Notes: generated by a model from the letters alone, not told the origin. A stretch of DNA of 64,000 nt from Candidatus Bathyarchaeia archaeon (GCA_038883715.1 JAVZLS010000003.1:32001-96000); one strand, 5' to 3'; shown: positions 47,886 through 58,349, numbered from the stretch's first letter. Program-made: numbers and translations.

Positions 47886-48761
47886 CTGCCATCTCAACAA
47901 GTTTTAAAAGAAAAGATCGACGAGGTTGAGGAAATAACGAAAATTCTTAGGCAATACAAAGTGGTGGGCATAGCAAGCCTTCAGAAAGTCAGGGCTTCTC
48001 AACTTCAAGAGTTCAAGAAAAAGCTGGCGGCAGACGTTTACATGCGTGTTGTAAAGAATACGCTGATGAAAAGAGCCATTGAAAACTGCAAGGAAAAGCA
48101 GGGATTAGAAAAACTGGAGAAATACTTGACAGGACCAAATGTCTTCCTCTTCACAAATCTTAACCCATTCAAATTAGCACTGCTCCTTGAAAAGGGGAAA
48201 GTTCGCCTAACTGCAAAAGCTGGGGACATAGCGTCCTTCGACGTCATAGTACCCGCTGGAAACACTGGACAACCGCCGGGACCAATAATAAGCCAGTTAA
48301 ACGCTGTGGGTTTGCCGACAAGAATTGAGGCTGGAAGCGTGTGGATAACAAAGGATACCTTAGTGGCACGCAAAGGTGAAGTGATTTCTGAAAGGCTTGC
48401 CAGCGTCTTGTCAAAGCTTGGAATAAAACCTGTTGAAGCAGGACTCATAATGAAGGCTGTATATGATGAAGGCTTAATCATAGAAGGAGAGCAGCTCAAA
48501 ATCGATTTGGAGGGAACCAAGAAACAGTTTGAAGCTGCCTATGCTGAAGCCTTTAAGCTGTCAATAGGCGCAGCTTATCCAACAAGAGAGAACATACAAA
48601 CCTTAATCCAAATTGCTCATCAAGAGGTATACGCCCTCTCGTTAGGGGCGGCCATACCAACTAAGGAAACAATAAAAGACCTTATTAGAAAGGCTCACGC
48701 TGAAATGTTAAGCTTAAGTATGAGAATTCCCAATTTGGAAGGGGAAACCAAGCAAAGTTAA
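47886..48761 (+). CDS. rpl10: 50S ribosomal protein L10 (P0), probable CTG start
   Basis: VVKNTL, PAGNTG.PPGP, LGIKP; frame open upstream of the GTG at 47961 to CTG at 47886 (PSQQVLKEKIDEVEEI...). Confidence 0.92.
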   Translation: MPSQQVLKEKIDEVEEITKILRQYKVVGIASLQKVRASQLQEFKKKLAADVYMRVVKNTLMKRAIENCKEKQGLEKLEKYLTGPNVFLFTNLNPFKLALLLEKGKVRLTAKAGDIASFDVIVPAGNTGQPPGPIISQLNAVGLPTRIEAGSVWITKDTLVARKGEVISERLASVLSKLGIKPVEAGLIMKAVYDEGLIIEGEQLKIDLEGTKKQFEAAYAEAFKLSIGAAYPTRENIQTLIQIAHQEVYALSLGAAIPTKETIKDLIRKAHAEMLSLSMRIPNLEGETKQS

Positions 48762-48788
48762 AATAGTTTAAGTAGAGGTGAAAAAGGT

Positions 48789-49112
48789 ATGGAATACATT
48801 TACGCTGCAATGCTCCTCCACAAAGCTGGAAAACAGATAACCGAAGAAAACCTAACACAAGTTCTAACCGCCGCCGGAATAGACGTTGACGCCATGAGAG
48901 TTAAAGCCCTGGTGGCTTCACTGGCAGAGGTCAACATTGACGAAGTTATAAAGTCAGCTCCAACATTTATGGCAGCGCCAGTCACCGCACCAGCAGCCGC
49001 GACACCGGCAGCGGAAGCCAAGCCAAAAGAGGAAGAGAAGAAAAAGAAGGAAGAAGAGGAGAAAGCCAGAGAGGAAGCAGCGCTCGAGGGGCTTGGAGCA
49101 CTCTTCGGCTAA
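48789..49112 (+). CDS. rpl12: 50S ribosomal protein L12 (aP1)
   Basis: [11 protein letters not shown], Ala-rich hinge, GLGALFG. Confidence 0.96.
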   Translation: MEYIYAAMLLHKAGKQITEENLTQVLTAAGIDVDAMRVKALVASLAEVNIDEVIKSAPTFMAAPVTAPAAATPAAEAKPKEEEKKKKEEEEKAREEAALEGLGALFG

Positions 49113-49117
49113 ACATG

Positions 49118-49131
49118 CCTTTTATTTTTGT
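49118..49131 (+). terminator. Probable oligo-T terminator after rpl12
   Basis: T-rich tract cctttatttttgt just after the stop. Confidence 0.35.
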
Positions 49132-49196
49132 AGACCAGAAGTCTGCGTTTAAAAGCCTAGCAATGAATATAAACAAATTTTAAATTATCGACTATC

Positions 49197-49610
49197 ATGA
49201 AGCTCTGCAGCGCTTGCTTATTAGGAATAAGATGCAGATACGACGGAAGAGATGCCCTTAACGAAAAAGTTATCATGCTGCTGAAAACGGAAACCCTTAT
49301 ACCAGTGTGCCCAGAACAAATTGGCGGCTTACCAACACCAAGGGAACCAGCAGAAATCAAGGATGGAAGGGTAATCACAAGGTCTGGAAGAGACGTAACA
49401 GAAAACTTCAAACGCGGAGCCGAAGAGGTTTTGAAAATCGCAAAATTATTCGGCGTAAAGGAGGCTGTGCTAAAGCAGGGAAGCCCCTCGTGTGGTTGCG
49501 GGCGCATCTATAATGGCACGTTTTCCGGCAAAACCGTGAAAGGCGATGGAATCACAACAGCCCTACTCAAAAAGCATGGAATTAAAGTAATAACTGAGGA
49601 TGACTTATAG
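49197..49610 (+). CDS. DUF523 / thiouracil desulfurase (TudS)-like Fe-S protein
   Basis: SACLLG..CRYDG, VCPE, GL.TPR, SPSCG. Confidence 0.88.
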   Translation: MKLCSACLLGIRCRYDGRDALNEKVIMLLKTETLIPVCPEQIGGLPTPREPAEIKDGRVITRSGRDVTENFKRGAEEVLKIAKLFGVKEAVLKQGSPSCGCGRIYNGTFSGKTVKGDGITTALLKKHGIKVITEDDL

Positions 49611-50630
49611 ATTTTGGTTTTCGCTATACCATTTTGATGTTTTTAAAGCTTTTAGTAACAGCAGAGGCAACCACCCGCAAATAATCATTAGAGTCCCGGG
49701 AAAAGCCCTCAAGTTGAAGGTCAAGATTAATGCTTCAAAAATGAAGAAGGATACCGCCATAGCGACTGCCGATAAAACTGCAATTTGCCGCCCGTATTTC
49801 TTGTAGGTTTGCACTGCTATAAGACCAGCAAAGAAGAAGTCGCCTAAACCAAGTGATATGTAAAGCACACCCCAACGTGTGGCTATTTCCGGGATTGTTG
49901 GCAAAGTGACGAGCACTGGAAGCCTTAGGGCAGTGACATGCGTTGCTGCTGAAACCATTGTGCCCGTTACAAGGACAAGAATAATATCTGCGACTGTTAG
50001 AAGCCCAGCGAAGGTCAGTGTTGTTTTCCATGTGAAAAGTGCTCCGAGATAGAGGATTACGAGAATGGCGAAAACTATACCGTACATGTTAAGAAGGTAC
50101 GGAAACCATACGGGGCTTCGGCTATAAAAAACGTAGAGAATTATGAATAAGGCTGATGGCAGAATAGCCAAATACCACCGCCGCCCAAAACTTGTTCTTA
50201 TTTCCTCGTAGGCTATAGCTATGAAGGAAAAACCGAATAGACCGTAAAATGCCGCAGCCCCATAAGAAGATAGTCCTCTCAACACGTCCATGCTGAAGAG
50301 GCTGACCGTCGCCGCTACAAAGCTGATTGCAAAAAAGGCTCCACAGAAGAGTTGAGCCCTAATCTTTCTAAAATCTGAGAAGATGTAGGTGAATATGAAG
50401 AGAAGAGATGCATAGGCGAACAGAAATATTGTCATAACAGCCATTTGCGGGACAAAAACCATGAGCGAGATAGCCACACTTATCGCGGCTACAAGCATTA
50501 CGGCGTCTTTAACGCCGAACTCCCTCTTCTCAAAAGTCATCTTCAGTTTTCCTTCAACCTTATCATTCAGAAACATGGCTACTGTGGTTACGGTGAAAAG
50601 CGTCAGCGGCATGGCAACATCGAAGTACAT
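49605..50630 (-). CDS. Presenilin/signal-peptide-peptidase-like (GxGD) intramembrane aspartyl protease
   Basis: Polytopic; VADIILV, LP, LGLGDF, AFPGT motifs in A22 order. Confidence 0.65.
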   Translation of the reverse strand: MYFDVAMPLTLFTVTTVAMFLNDKVEGKLKMTFEKREFGVKDAVMLVAAISVAISLMVFVPQMAVMTIFLFAYASLLFIFTYIFSDFRKIRAQLFCGAFFAISFVAATVSLFSMDVLRGLSSYGAAAFYGLFGFSFIAIAYEEIRTSFGRRWYLAILPSALFIILYVFYSRSPVWFPYLLNMYGIVFAILVILYLGALFTWKTTLTFAGLLTVADIILVLVTGTMVSAATHVTALRLPVLVTLPTIPEIATRWGVLYISLGLGDFFFAGLIAVQTYKKYGRQIAVLSAVAMAVSFFIFEALILTFNLRAFPGTLMIICGWLPLLLLKALKTSKWYSENQNL

Positions 50631-50662
50631 GAGCGCAAATAGGCTAAACGGGCATTTAAACC

Positions 50663-51517
50663 TTAAACTCTAAAAGCGCAATTAAAAACGGCCAAAGAGG
50701 CAATAAGAGCCTCTTCGGTTCGCACAGTTTCAGTGGACTGCCATGGGATTGTATTAACGACAAAATCTACAATTTGGTCGAGGTTTAGCCCTTCATGCTT
50801 GGCTATCTCGTACAGCCCCTTTGTTGGCGCCCCAAAGGCTATTAATATTTTTTCTGCGGTTTTCCATCTCTCAGCAATTCTTTCTTTGATATCTGTAAAG
50901 GGGACGCCATACCTTGATGTGGCTATTTTCAAGTTAAAATGTCTGCGCTCCACCAGTTTCCCAAAGGATTCTTCCCAAACAGTTACCGCATATCCCCAAT
51001 AATAAGGGACATCATTGCGGTTCGCAAGGCTTGCCACAACATGCTTATTTACGCCAGCTATCCTCACGGTTACCCGCTTTCCAAGGGGAAAACGTAAGTC
51101 TGGAATTAGGGCGAGTTTGTTCACTCCTATATCCACAAGCACGCCTTCCTTCGACTTCGCCACCGTGACGCCTTCCCTGTATTCACCAACCTTTAGGTCT
51201 GCTACCTTTTTGCCTAAGGGATGGTGTGGCGTTCTCAGTGGCGGGAGGATTCCAGCATAACGCAATTCAGGCTTCAACTTGAAAAGCTTCTTGCGCAAAT
51301 ACTGCGGAGTTTCCATGTAACTTAGCAGCGTAGCGATTAAGTCCATGTCAGTTTTTTGGTTAAGCTTTAACTCGTCCTTGTAAATTATTATCTCTTCAAC
51401 TCCGAAAATAGCGGCAGCTCTCCCAATTAAGCCTATTTTTGAGGTTTTTTCTCGGAGATGTGGAGTGTCGGAAACAACGGATGCTGGAATGGCTATTGAG
51501 ATGCTTTTTCTCTTCAA
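50663..51517 (-). CDS. SPOUT-family RNA methyltransferase (COG2106-like)
   Basis: RAAAIF, ETPQYLRK, LPPL.TPHH, TVRTEEA. Confidence 0.88.
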   Translation of the reverse strand: MKRKSISIAIPASVVSDTPHLREKTSKIGLIGRAAAIFGVEEIIIYKDELKLNQKTDMDLIATLLSYMETPQYLRKKLFKLKPELRYAGILPPLRTPHHPLGKKVADLKVGEYREGVTVAKSKEGVLVDIGVNKLALIPDLRFPLGKRVTVRIAGVNKHVVASLANRNDVPYYWGYAVTVWEESFGKLVERRHFNLKIATSRYGVPFTDIKERIAERWKTAEKILIAFGAPTKGLYEIAKHEGLNLDQIVDFVVNTIPWQSTETVRTEEALIASLAVFNCAFRV

Positions 51518-51601
51518 CCTTTTACACCATTCTGTGTTATTGTATGATAGTTTTAACTTAAAAGCTAAAAGCGACAGCTGCTAACTGCATACAGATGCAA
51601 A

Positions 51602-52720
51602 ATGCCACAAGCAACAATTCTGGACAACTTAGACAAGATTAGAGAAGTAGATAAAAACGACATGCTCTCTTTTTGCGTCAACGCTGCAGAACATTATGAA
51701 AGCGCTTTCCAAATAACTGAAAAAGTTGCTGTTGATTATCCGAAACCCAAATCGATAATTGTGGCTGGCATGGGCGGTTCAGCAATAGGCGGAGAACTTC
51801 TAAAGGACTGGGCAAGCGACATGCTCACAATTCCAGTAGAAGTTTGCAGGGAGTACACGCTACCAGCCCACGCCGACAAAAGGACATTAACGTTCATTGT
51901 GAGTTATTCTGGGGAAACAGAAGAAACTCTAAGCGTTTTTCTCGATGCGGTAAAGCGGAACTGTATGATAATCTGCATAAGCTCCGGAGGCACTCTCCTA
52001 AATTTTGCAGGAAAACTGAAGATTCCAAGCATACATGTTCCAGAGGGAATTCCGCCAAGGGCAGCCCTTCCATACCTTTTCACCCCAACACTAGTAATCC
52101 TACAGAAACTTGGCTTAGTTACAAAAGTTAGAGCTGAAATCTCTGAGGCTGTCACGGTGTTAAAGCAAGTTTGTAACCAAAATGCGCCAGAAAACCCTTT
52201 GAGAGAAAACTTTTCTAAAAAACTTGCCACCGACATTTGCGGAACGGTTCCTGTTGTTTACGGCTTTGGATTTTATCGTTCTGTGGCGCAGCGCTTTAAA
52301 CAACAATTCAACGAGAATGGTAAGATTCCATCAAAATGGGAGGTTTTCCCAGAGCTAAACCATAATGAGGTTGTCGGTTGGGAAAAAGCCGAGGAGTTGG
52401 CGAACCATTTTTCAGCGGTTATTATACGGGACAAGAGCGAACCAGAGCCCATTAAATGCAGAATAGAGGCAACTAAGGAGTTGTTAAGCGGCAAGGTGAA
52501 GGGAATCTATGAGGTCTGGAGCAGGGGTGAGGGGAGATTAGCCAAAATGTTGTCTACAACCATTATAGGAGACTTTACAAGCGTTTATCTTGCAATTCTG
52601 CGCGGGGTGGACCCAACGCCAGTAAAGACCATTTCTATGTTAAAGGATAAAATCTCCAAAACCGGGCTTAAAGCTAAAATAGTTAGCGAATTACAGAACC
52701 TTGTTAGGAGAAGAGGCTAA
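51602..52720 (+). CDS. Bifunctional phosphoglucose/phosphomannose isomerase
   Basis: GMGGSAIGG, SYSGETEE, NEN.K, PELNHNE. Confidence 0.92.
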   Translation: MPQATILDNLDKIREVDKNDMLSFCVNAAEHYESAFQITEKVAVDYPKPKSIIVAGMGGSAIGGELLKDWASDMLTIPVEVCREYTLPAHADKRTLTFIVSYSGETEETLSVFLDAVKRNCMIICISSGGTLLNFAGKLKIPSIHVPEGIPPRAALPYLFTPTLVILQKLGLVTKVRAEISEAVTVLKQVCNQNAPENPLRENFSKKLATDICGTVPVVYGFGFYRSVAQRFKQQFNENGKIPSKWEVFPELNHNEVVGWEKAEELANHFSAVIIRDKSEPEPIKCRIEATKELLSGKVKGIYEVWSRGEGRLAKMLSTTIIGDFTSVYLAILRGVDPTPVKTISMLKDKISKTGLKAKIVSELQNLVRRRG

Positions 52721-52722
52721 CT

Positions 52723-53784
52723 TTAAAGTCTTTGAGCAATGAACTCTTCAAACATTTTCTCAGCAATCTCTAAGGAAAGCAGCTGCGGCGGGTGTTTGAA
52801 GGCATACGCGCATATTGGGAGAATCGCCCCTTTCAATTTTCTGTTTAAAGCGATTTTAACAGCTCTTATAACATCTAATAACACTGAGCCGGCATTTGGC
52901 GCGTCCACGGTTGAGAGGCGCATATCTATCTGCATTGGTGTCCCGCAGAAGTATAACCCTTTTATCCAGAAGTAGCTGTCACGCCTGTTCTGCAGAAAAT
53001 CAACATAGTCCGTCGAACCCGCGACCACTTCCGCTTCGTATGGCAGCGCCGCCTTAACAGTTTCAGTTTTAACAGTCCTTTTCAGTTCGCGTGTTCTGTC
53101 CAGCGTGTCAAGCGACTCTGTTCCTCCGCCAACGTCAAGCTGGTATGTCTCAGTTATTCGCACACCATGCTTTGAAAGAAGTCGCAACAGCGTTTTGTGT
53201 AATGTTGTAGCGCCTATCTGGTCTATGAGGTCGTCGCCGACCAAGGGCAGTCCAGCCTCTTCAAAACGCCTCGCCCAAGCTGAATCGCTTGCTATGAAAG
53301 CTGGTGTAGCGTTTATAAAGGCGCAGCCAGCCTCCAAAGATTGGCTGGCGTACCATTCAGAAGCCTTCACGGCACCGCTTGGAAGCAGATTAAGTACAAT
53401 TTCCGCCCCGCTTTCCTTTAACACTTCTGCGACATTAGCTTCTTTTGAACCGTTTACTTTGACAACTTCTTTTGTGTATTCGCCTACACCGTCTAAAACT
53501 GGTCCCTTCTGAACTATTACGCCAGACGAGGGGACATCTACAAGTTTTGGGGCATTATTCGGTGGTGCAAATATAGCTTCTGAAAGGTCCCTTCCAACTT
53601 TTCTGCTGTCGACGTCAAAGGCTGCGACTATTTGAATATCTCTTGGGTGAAAGCCTCCCAAGAAGAGGTTGCGTAAACCAACACATTCATCATCGCTATT
53701 AAAGTTCTTATAGTAGTGTAAGCCTTGCACAAGGGCTGATGCACAGTTTCCAACGCCAACAACCGCTACTTTTATTTTTGGCAA
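52723..53784 (-). CDS. Inositol-3-phosphate synthase family protein
   Basis: GVGNCASALVQG, AFDVD..KVG, GDD...QIGAT, D.PNAG, FKHPP. Confidence 0.85.
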   Translation of the reverse strand: MPKIKVAVVGVGNCASALVQGLHYYKNFNSDDECVGLRNLFLGGFHPRDIQIVAAFDVDSRKVGRDLSEAIFAPPNNAPKLVDVPSSGVIVQKGPVLDGVGEYTKEVVKVNGSKEANVAEVLKESGAEIVLNLLPSGAVKASEWYASQSLEAGCAFINATPAFIASDSAWARRFEEAGLPLVGDDLIDQIGATTLHKTLLRLLSKHGVRITETYQLDVGGGTESLDTLDRTRELKRTVKTETVKAALPYEAEVVAGSTDYVDFLQNRRDSYFWIKGLYFCGTPMQIDMRLSTVDAPNAGSVLLDVIRAVKIALNRKLKGAILPICAYAFKHPPQLLSLEIAEKMFEEFIAQRL

Positions 53785-53861
53785 GCCTAAACCACCATTT
53801 TGTTCCTTTCATATTACATACGGATTTATAAAGTTCTATGCCAATCCATTAGCAGTTAAAA

Positions 53862-54110
53862 GTGATAGAAATGAAGACATGGTTGGATGTTTCGGTTCTA
53901 CGTTGTCCAAACTGCGGCCGCCACTACGTTGAAGCCTCATGGTATGTCGTTGAAATGGAGGCAGATATTGAATGCGGGGAATGCGGAAAAGAGTTTAACA
54001 GCAAGAAAAACGCGTTGGACAGGGTACTCCTAGAATTTGAAATTGGCGAGGATGGAAAACTCCGGAAAGTGGACGTTAAAAAACATTTAAGAATAGAAAA
54101 GGGCACGTGA
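53862..54110 (+). CDS. Small zinc-ribbon protein
   Basis: CPNCG and CGECG. Confidence 0.7.
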   Translation: MIEMKTWLDVSVLRCPNCGRHYVEASWYVVEMEADIECGECGKEFNSKKNALDRVLLEFEIGEDGKLRKVDVKKHLRIEKGT

Positions 54111-54114
54111 AATG

Positions 54115-55181
54115 CTAGGTTGCTAATTTTGCTATTGGAACATACTCCACAAACATTCCGGACCTCTGCAGCACATCACGCCACAATTCAAGTCCCTTAC
54201 TGGTAACCCACTTCTCAGGCGCCGGCAAACCCAAAACGGTCAGTCTATCCCCTTCCACAATCTTTTCAGCAGTTATACACTTACCTGTTTTTGGATGGAC
54301 AGGCGTTATTATGTCAGGCGCCACAGCAGCGAGTCGTCCATCCTTATAGGCGACCAGTACCTCGTTTTTGGCTTTAAACTCAAATCTGCTTCCAGCAAAT
54401 TTGCCAGCACCTTTAAGCTTCACATTAACGAAGGTGAAGCCCCCTTCCGTTCTCCTCTCGACCATGCTTACAACTCCCTCGAAAAGCCTGTAGCCTCCAG
54501 TTTCTTTCAACACATCGTCAATTGGGCTTTTAGCCTCTCTTAGAATTCTTCCAACTTTTATAGCCTTGGACAAGCTTCGCTGCACCGGAGAAGTTTTCAC
54601 TTGGACCCCGCTTAATATTCTCCTCGCAGTATAGGCTGAGTGCCCCCACTCGGCGGCTAATACACGGGCAATTCTTTCAGCAGCCCTCGCGTCAACAGTC
54701 TCCTTAACTATAACCACGTTTTTAGCGTGCACATCAGCAACAACCATCGGCGCGAGCGGAATATCATCAATTGTGTAAACTTTTAAGTGGACCTCTGGAA
54801 CGGATCTGCCAGCCCCATCCGCGTCCACAACTGGAATGCCGCGTCGAGCAGCAACATCAACAGCTGCCAATGTGTTAAATCCGCCTAATTCTACGGGGAT
54901 TGTGGCGAAAGCACAGAAGCCAGCATATTCCTCTAACGCTTTTAAGGTTTTTACTGCAGCATCCGAGTCATAATCAACAGATGTCGTCGCGCCCACACAT
55001 GCAAAATTCACAACTTTGGCATTATCAGGAACCTCTAAGGGATCAACCATCTCGACGGGGATTTTATCTACGGCGAGGGTCTTTACTATTCTGTATCCAA
55101 CTTCTGGGTCTCCACCGCCGCTGAAAATATCGCTGCCCCATCCACCAAATCCATTAAATCTTGATAGCTCAAAGTCTTCAA
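54115..55181 (-). pseudogene. DUF917-family protein with a frameshift near 55120
   Basis: TTG at 55181 gives MKTLSYQDLMDLVDGAAIFS; GGGDPEVG...MVDP, ELGGFN, DGAGRSVPE, KNE, PDII continue in the -1 frame. Confidence 0.7.
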
Positions 55182-55275
55182 GTTCGAGTCTCCACTATTT
55201 TGCTTGAAAATTTATTATTGAGGAAGCCTTTAAAGGCTTTAACCAGCCAGCTTAAAAAACGGGTGGCAAAGAAAG

Positions 55276-57033
55276 GTGAACAACCAAAAACAGGACAAGT
55301 TCACAATAATTAACGAGTTAGCCCGCCGCAGAGGCTTTTTCTGGCAATCCTACGAGATATACGGGGGCGTAAGCGGCTTTGTAACCTACGGCTTTTTAGG
55401 CGCAAAATTAAAACAAAACATTGAAAACAAGCTTAGGGAAATCTTCGTTAACAGACTTGGAATAATGGAGATAGAAGCCCCCATAATCGCGCCGGGCAAG
55501 GTTTTTGAGGCTTCAGGACATGTTGACCACTTTAAAGAGCCTATGGTTGAATGCCTAAAATGTAAAAGGCGATTCCGGGCAGATCATCTGCTTGAAGAAA
55601 CGGCGAAGCTAAGTGCATCAGACGTTGAAAAATTAAGCTTAGAAGAGCTAAGAGAGGCTATCGAAAAACATGACGTGCGCTGTCCGGAATGCGGAGGCAC
55701 TTTTAGCGAACCAAAACATTTCCTAACAATGTTCAAAACAACCATAGGTCCGTACTCTGAAGCTGTTGGTTATGGTCGCCCGGAGGCTGCTCAAGGCATA
55801 TTCGTGGAGTTCAGACGTCTATATGAAATGGCGCGGGAAAAATTACCTTTCGGCGTAATGCAGATAGGCCACGCGCTGCGGAACGAGATTTCGCCGAGGC
55901 AGGGTTTGATAAGGCTTAGGGAATTCACAATAGTGGATATAGAGTTCTTCTTTGACCCCGAAGATCCCAACTGTTTTTTGCTGGATGAGGTGGGAGATGA
56001 GACTTTACGGCTTGTTCTAGCTGAAAGCAAGCTTCGCGGCTCTGAGGAAATCGTGGAAGCCACGGTTAAAGAGGCGCTTAAAAAAGGTTATATTAAAGTT
56101 CATTGGCAGGCGGCTTTCATGGCATTAGCTAAAAGATTATTGATGGAGCTAGGTGTCCCAGCTGAAAGTCAAAGGTTTATTGAGAAACTTCCATGGGAGC
56201 GGGCGCACTATTCGCTACAAAGCTTCGACCAAGAAGTCTATGTTGACCGCTGGGGATGGATTGAAGTTTCTGGACACGCTTACAGAACGGATTACGATTT
56301 AAAACAGCACATGCAGTTCAGCGGAACAGACACAAGAGTGTTCAAAGAGTATGAAAAGCCAATGGTGAAAGAGAAAAAAGTTGTTAAGCCTTTAATGGTA
56401 AAGCTCGGACCAGCCTTTAAAGTAGAGGCACAAAAAATTGCTGAAATGCTTTCTGAGGCTAATCCGGAAGAGGTTGAAGCCTCATTTAAGACGAAGGGCT
56501 ATTTCATGCTTGGAGAGCATAAAATTTTGCCCGAACACGTGGAAATCACAACATGTAAGGTGGAAGAGACAGGCAGACGCTTTATACCACATGTTGTGGA
56601 GCCTAGTTTCGGCTCTGATAGGCTTGTTTATGTGACTCTAGAATACGCATACCGTGTAAAAGATGATAGGGCAGTATTAAGTTTTCCAAGGGATATAGCC
56701 CCAATACAGGTTGGAGTTTACCCGTTGGTGAGCAAGGACGGATTGCCCGAGAAGGCATTGCAAGTTTATAAGATGCTGGTTGATGAGGGCTTTACAACAG
56801 AATATGATGAGGCTGGTTCCATCGGGAGACGCTACGCCAGAGCGGATGAGGTGGGCATACCACTGGGAATAACAATTGATTATGAAACCCTTAAAGATGA
56901 CACTGTCACCATTCGAGATCGCGACACTTGGAAACAGGTTAGAAACCGCATAGACGCTTTACCGGAACTTCTGCATAAGTACTTCCGTAAAAAAATCGAG
57001 TTTAAAGATTTGGGCGCGCTTGTTAAGGAATAG
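55276..57033 (+). CDS. glyS: Glycine--tRNA ligase (alpha2 type)
   Basis: RRGFF...EIYGG, RPEAAQG, RNEISPRQG, EPSFG.DR, SIGRRYAR.DE. Confidence 0.96.
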   Translation: MNNQKQDKFTIINELARRRGFFWQSYEIYGGVSGFVTYGFLGAKLKQNIENKLREIFVNRLGIMEIEAPIIAPGKVFEASGHVDHFKEPMVECLKCKRRFRADHLLEETAKLSASDVEKLSLEELREAIEKHDVRCPECGGTFSEPKHFLTMFKTTIGPYSEAVGYGRPEAAQGIFVEFRRLYEMAREKLPFGVMQIGHALRNEISPRQGLIRLREFTIVDIEFFFDPEDPNCFLLDEVGDETLRLVLAESKLRGSEEIVEATVKEALKKGYIKVHWQAAFMALAKRLLMELGVPAESQRFIEKLPWERAHYSLQSFDQEVYVDRWGWIEVSGHAYRTDYDLKQHMQFSGTDTRVFKEYEKPMVKEKKVVKPLMVKLGPAFKVEAQKIAEMLSEANPEEVEASFKTKGYFMLGEHKILPEHVEITTCKVEETGRRFIPHVVEPSFGSDRLVYVTLEYAYRVKDDRAVLSFPRDIAPIQVGVYPLVSKDGLPEKALQVYKMLVDEGFTTEYDEAGSIGRRYARADEVGIPLGITIDYETLKDDTVTIRDRDTWKQVRNRIDALPELLHKYFRKKIEFKDLGALVKE

Positions 57034-57109
57034 TTTTCGTTACCTTTTTTAATACTTCCGCAATATTAATGCTAGAAAAGCATAACGTGGTTTTGCGGCG
57101 GGAAGAAAC

Positions 57110-57769
57110 TTGGTGCTTCCAGCAGAAACAGAGGAACGCGTTAAACGTAGAGCTTTAAGCGTATGTCAAGAACACCTAAGGAAGGTACTAGACTTAACGC
57201 GAAAGGTTCCCCAAATGATTGAATGCTTTATAAAAAACGACAAGGCGCGGGCAAAGCAAATCTATAACGAAATCAGAATGGGCGAAGAAGACGTTGATAA
57301 TGCTAGACGCCTAGTTTCCCGCGAGCTTGCAGAGATAGGCGCCATACTCCTAAGCCGGGAAGACTTCCTAAGATTCACAAATTTGGCTGGGGAAATTGCC
57401 GACTTCTCTGAGGGAATAGCCTTCCGCATCCTCGAAATAATGGAGCACAGCTGGAACGTGCCTACGGAGATAAAAAAGGACCTTTTAAAACTTTCAGAAG
57501 CCTCGCTGGAAACTGTGCTTAAACTGAGAGAAACAATGATGGTCTTGGCTTATGGTTCAGAGAAAGCTATGGAAAAAGCCAGCGAGGTTGAATCGGCGGA
57601 ACGCGTTGTCGACGAGCTTTATCGAACCCTTGAAATAAAACTTCTAAACAGCAAGCTGGAAATCCCAGCGCTCATACTTTTGAGGGACATCCTACAACTT
57701 TTGGAGGACTCCGCCGACAAAGCTGAAGATGCTGCAGACGCCGCAAGAGTCTTATCCTTCATAATGTAA
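57110..57769 (+). CDS. DUF47/PhoU-like helical protein
   Basis: E..VD...R, RED, E..AD.AED. Confidence 0.8.
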   Translation: MVLPAETEERVKRRALSVCQEHLRKVLDLTRKVPQMIECFIKNDKARAKQIYNEIRMGEEDVDNARRLVSRELAEIGAILLSREDFLRFTNLAGEIADFSEGIAFRILEIMEHSWNVPTEIKKDLLKLSEASLETVLKLRETMMVLAYGSEKAMEKASEVESAERVVDELYRTLEIKLLNSKLEIPALILLRDILQLLEDSADKAEDAADAARVLSFIM

Positions 57770-57791
57770 TGCAAAGCAAAGGGACAAAACA

Positions 57792-58349
57792 GTGCCAAGA
57801 AAAATACCAGTAGAATTCATCGAAAACTTTCTAGTGGTTTGGAACCCAAGCGATGGGTCTGAACTTTACAAGATGGGGTTTTATGGCAAGCCACTTGGGA
57901 TACCAAAGCCGAAAATTCCAGAGTTTAATGTCCCATTAATTTTGGATTTGATGGAGGGCTTATACCTCGCCGAAAAGGGAATAATCACCGTTTATGAGGG
58001 CGCGGAAAAAACCCGCGTAAGCCTCAAAAAACTTCGACAGAAAGCCAGAACATTGTATGAGGAGTTTTACGAGAAATATGCTGTTTACCGCGACTTGCGG
58101 GATAGCGGAATGGTTGTCACGCCGGGGATAAAGTTTGGATGCGACTTTGCAGTCTACAAGCATGGACCGGGATTGGAACACGCTCCCTATATGGTTTCGG
58201 TTAAGAAGGCTTCATCCGAATTAACAGCCACAGAAATAGTGAAAGCTGGAAGATTGGCGACGACAGTGCGGAAAAGATTCATAATAGCAGTGCCAGATTT
58301 GGAGAAGGGGAAAATAAGGTACATGATATTTAAGTGGTTTAAGGCATAG
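57792..58349 (+). CDS. endA: tRNA-intron endonuclease catalytic subunit
   Basis: VYRDLR, GIKFG.DF.VY, catalytic Y/H/K (Y..GPG.EH, VRK); GFYGKPLGIPKPK loop. Confidence 0.93.
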   Translation: MPRKIPVEFIENFLVVWNPSDGSELYKMGFYGKPLGIPKPKIPEFNVPLILDLMEGLYLAEKGIITVYEGAEKTRVSLKKLRQKARTLYEEFYEKYAVYRDLRDSGMVVTPGIKFGCDFAVYKHGPGLEHAPYMVSVKKASSELTATEIVKAGRLATTVRKRFIIAVPDLEKGKIRYMIFKWFKA

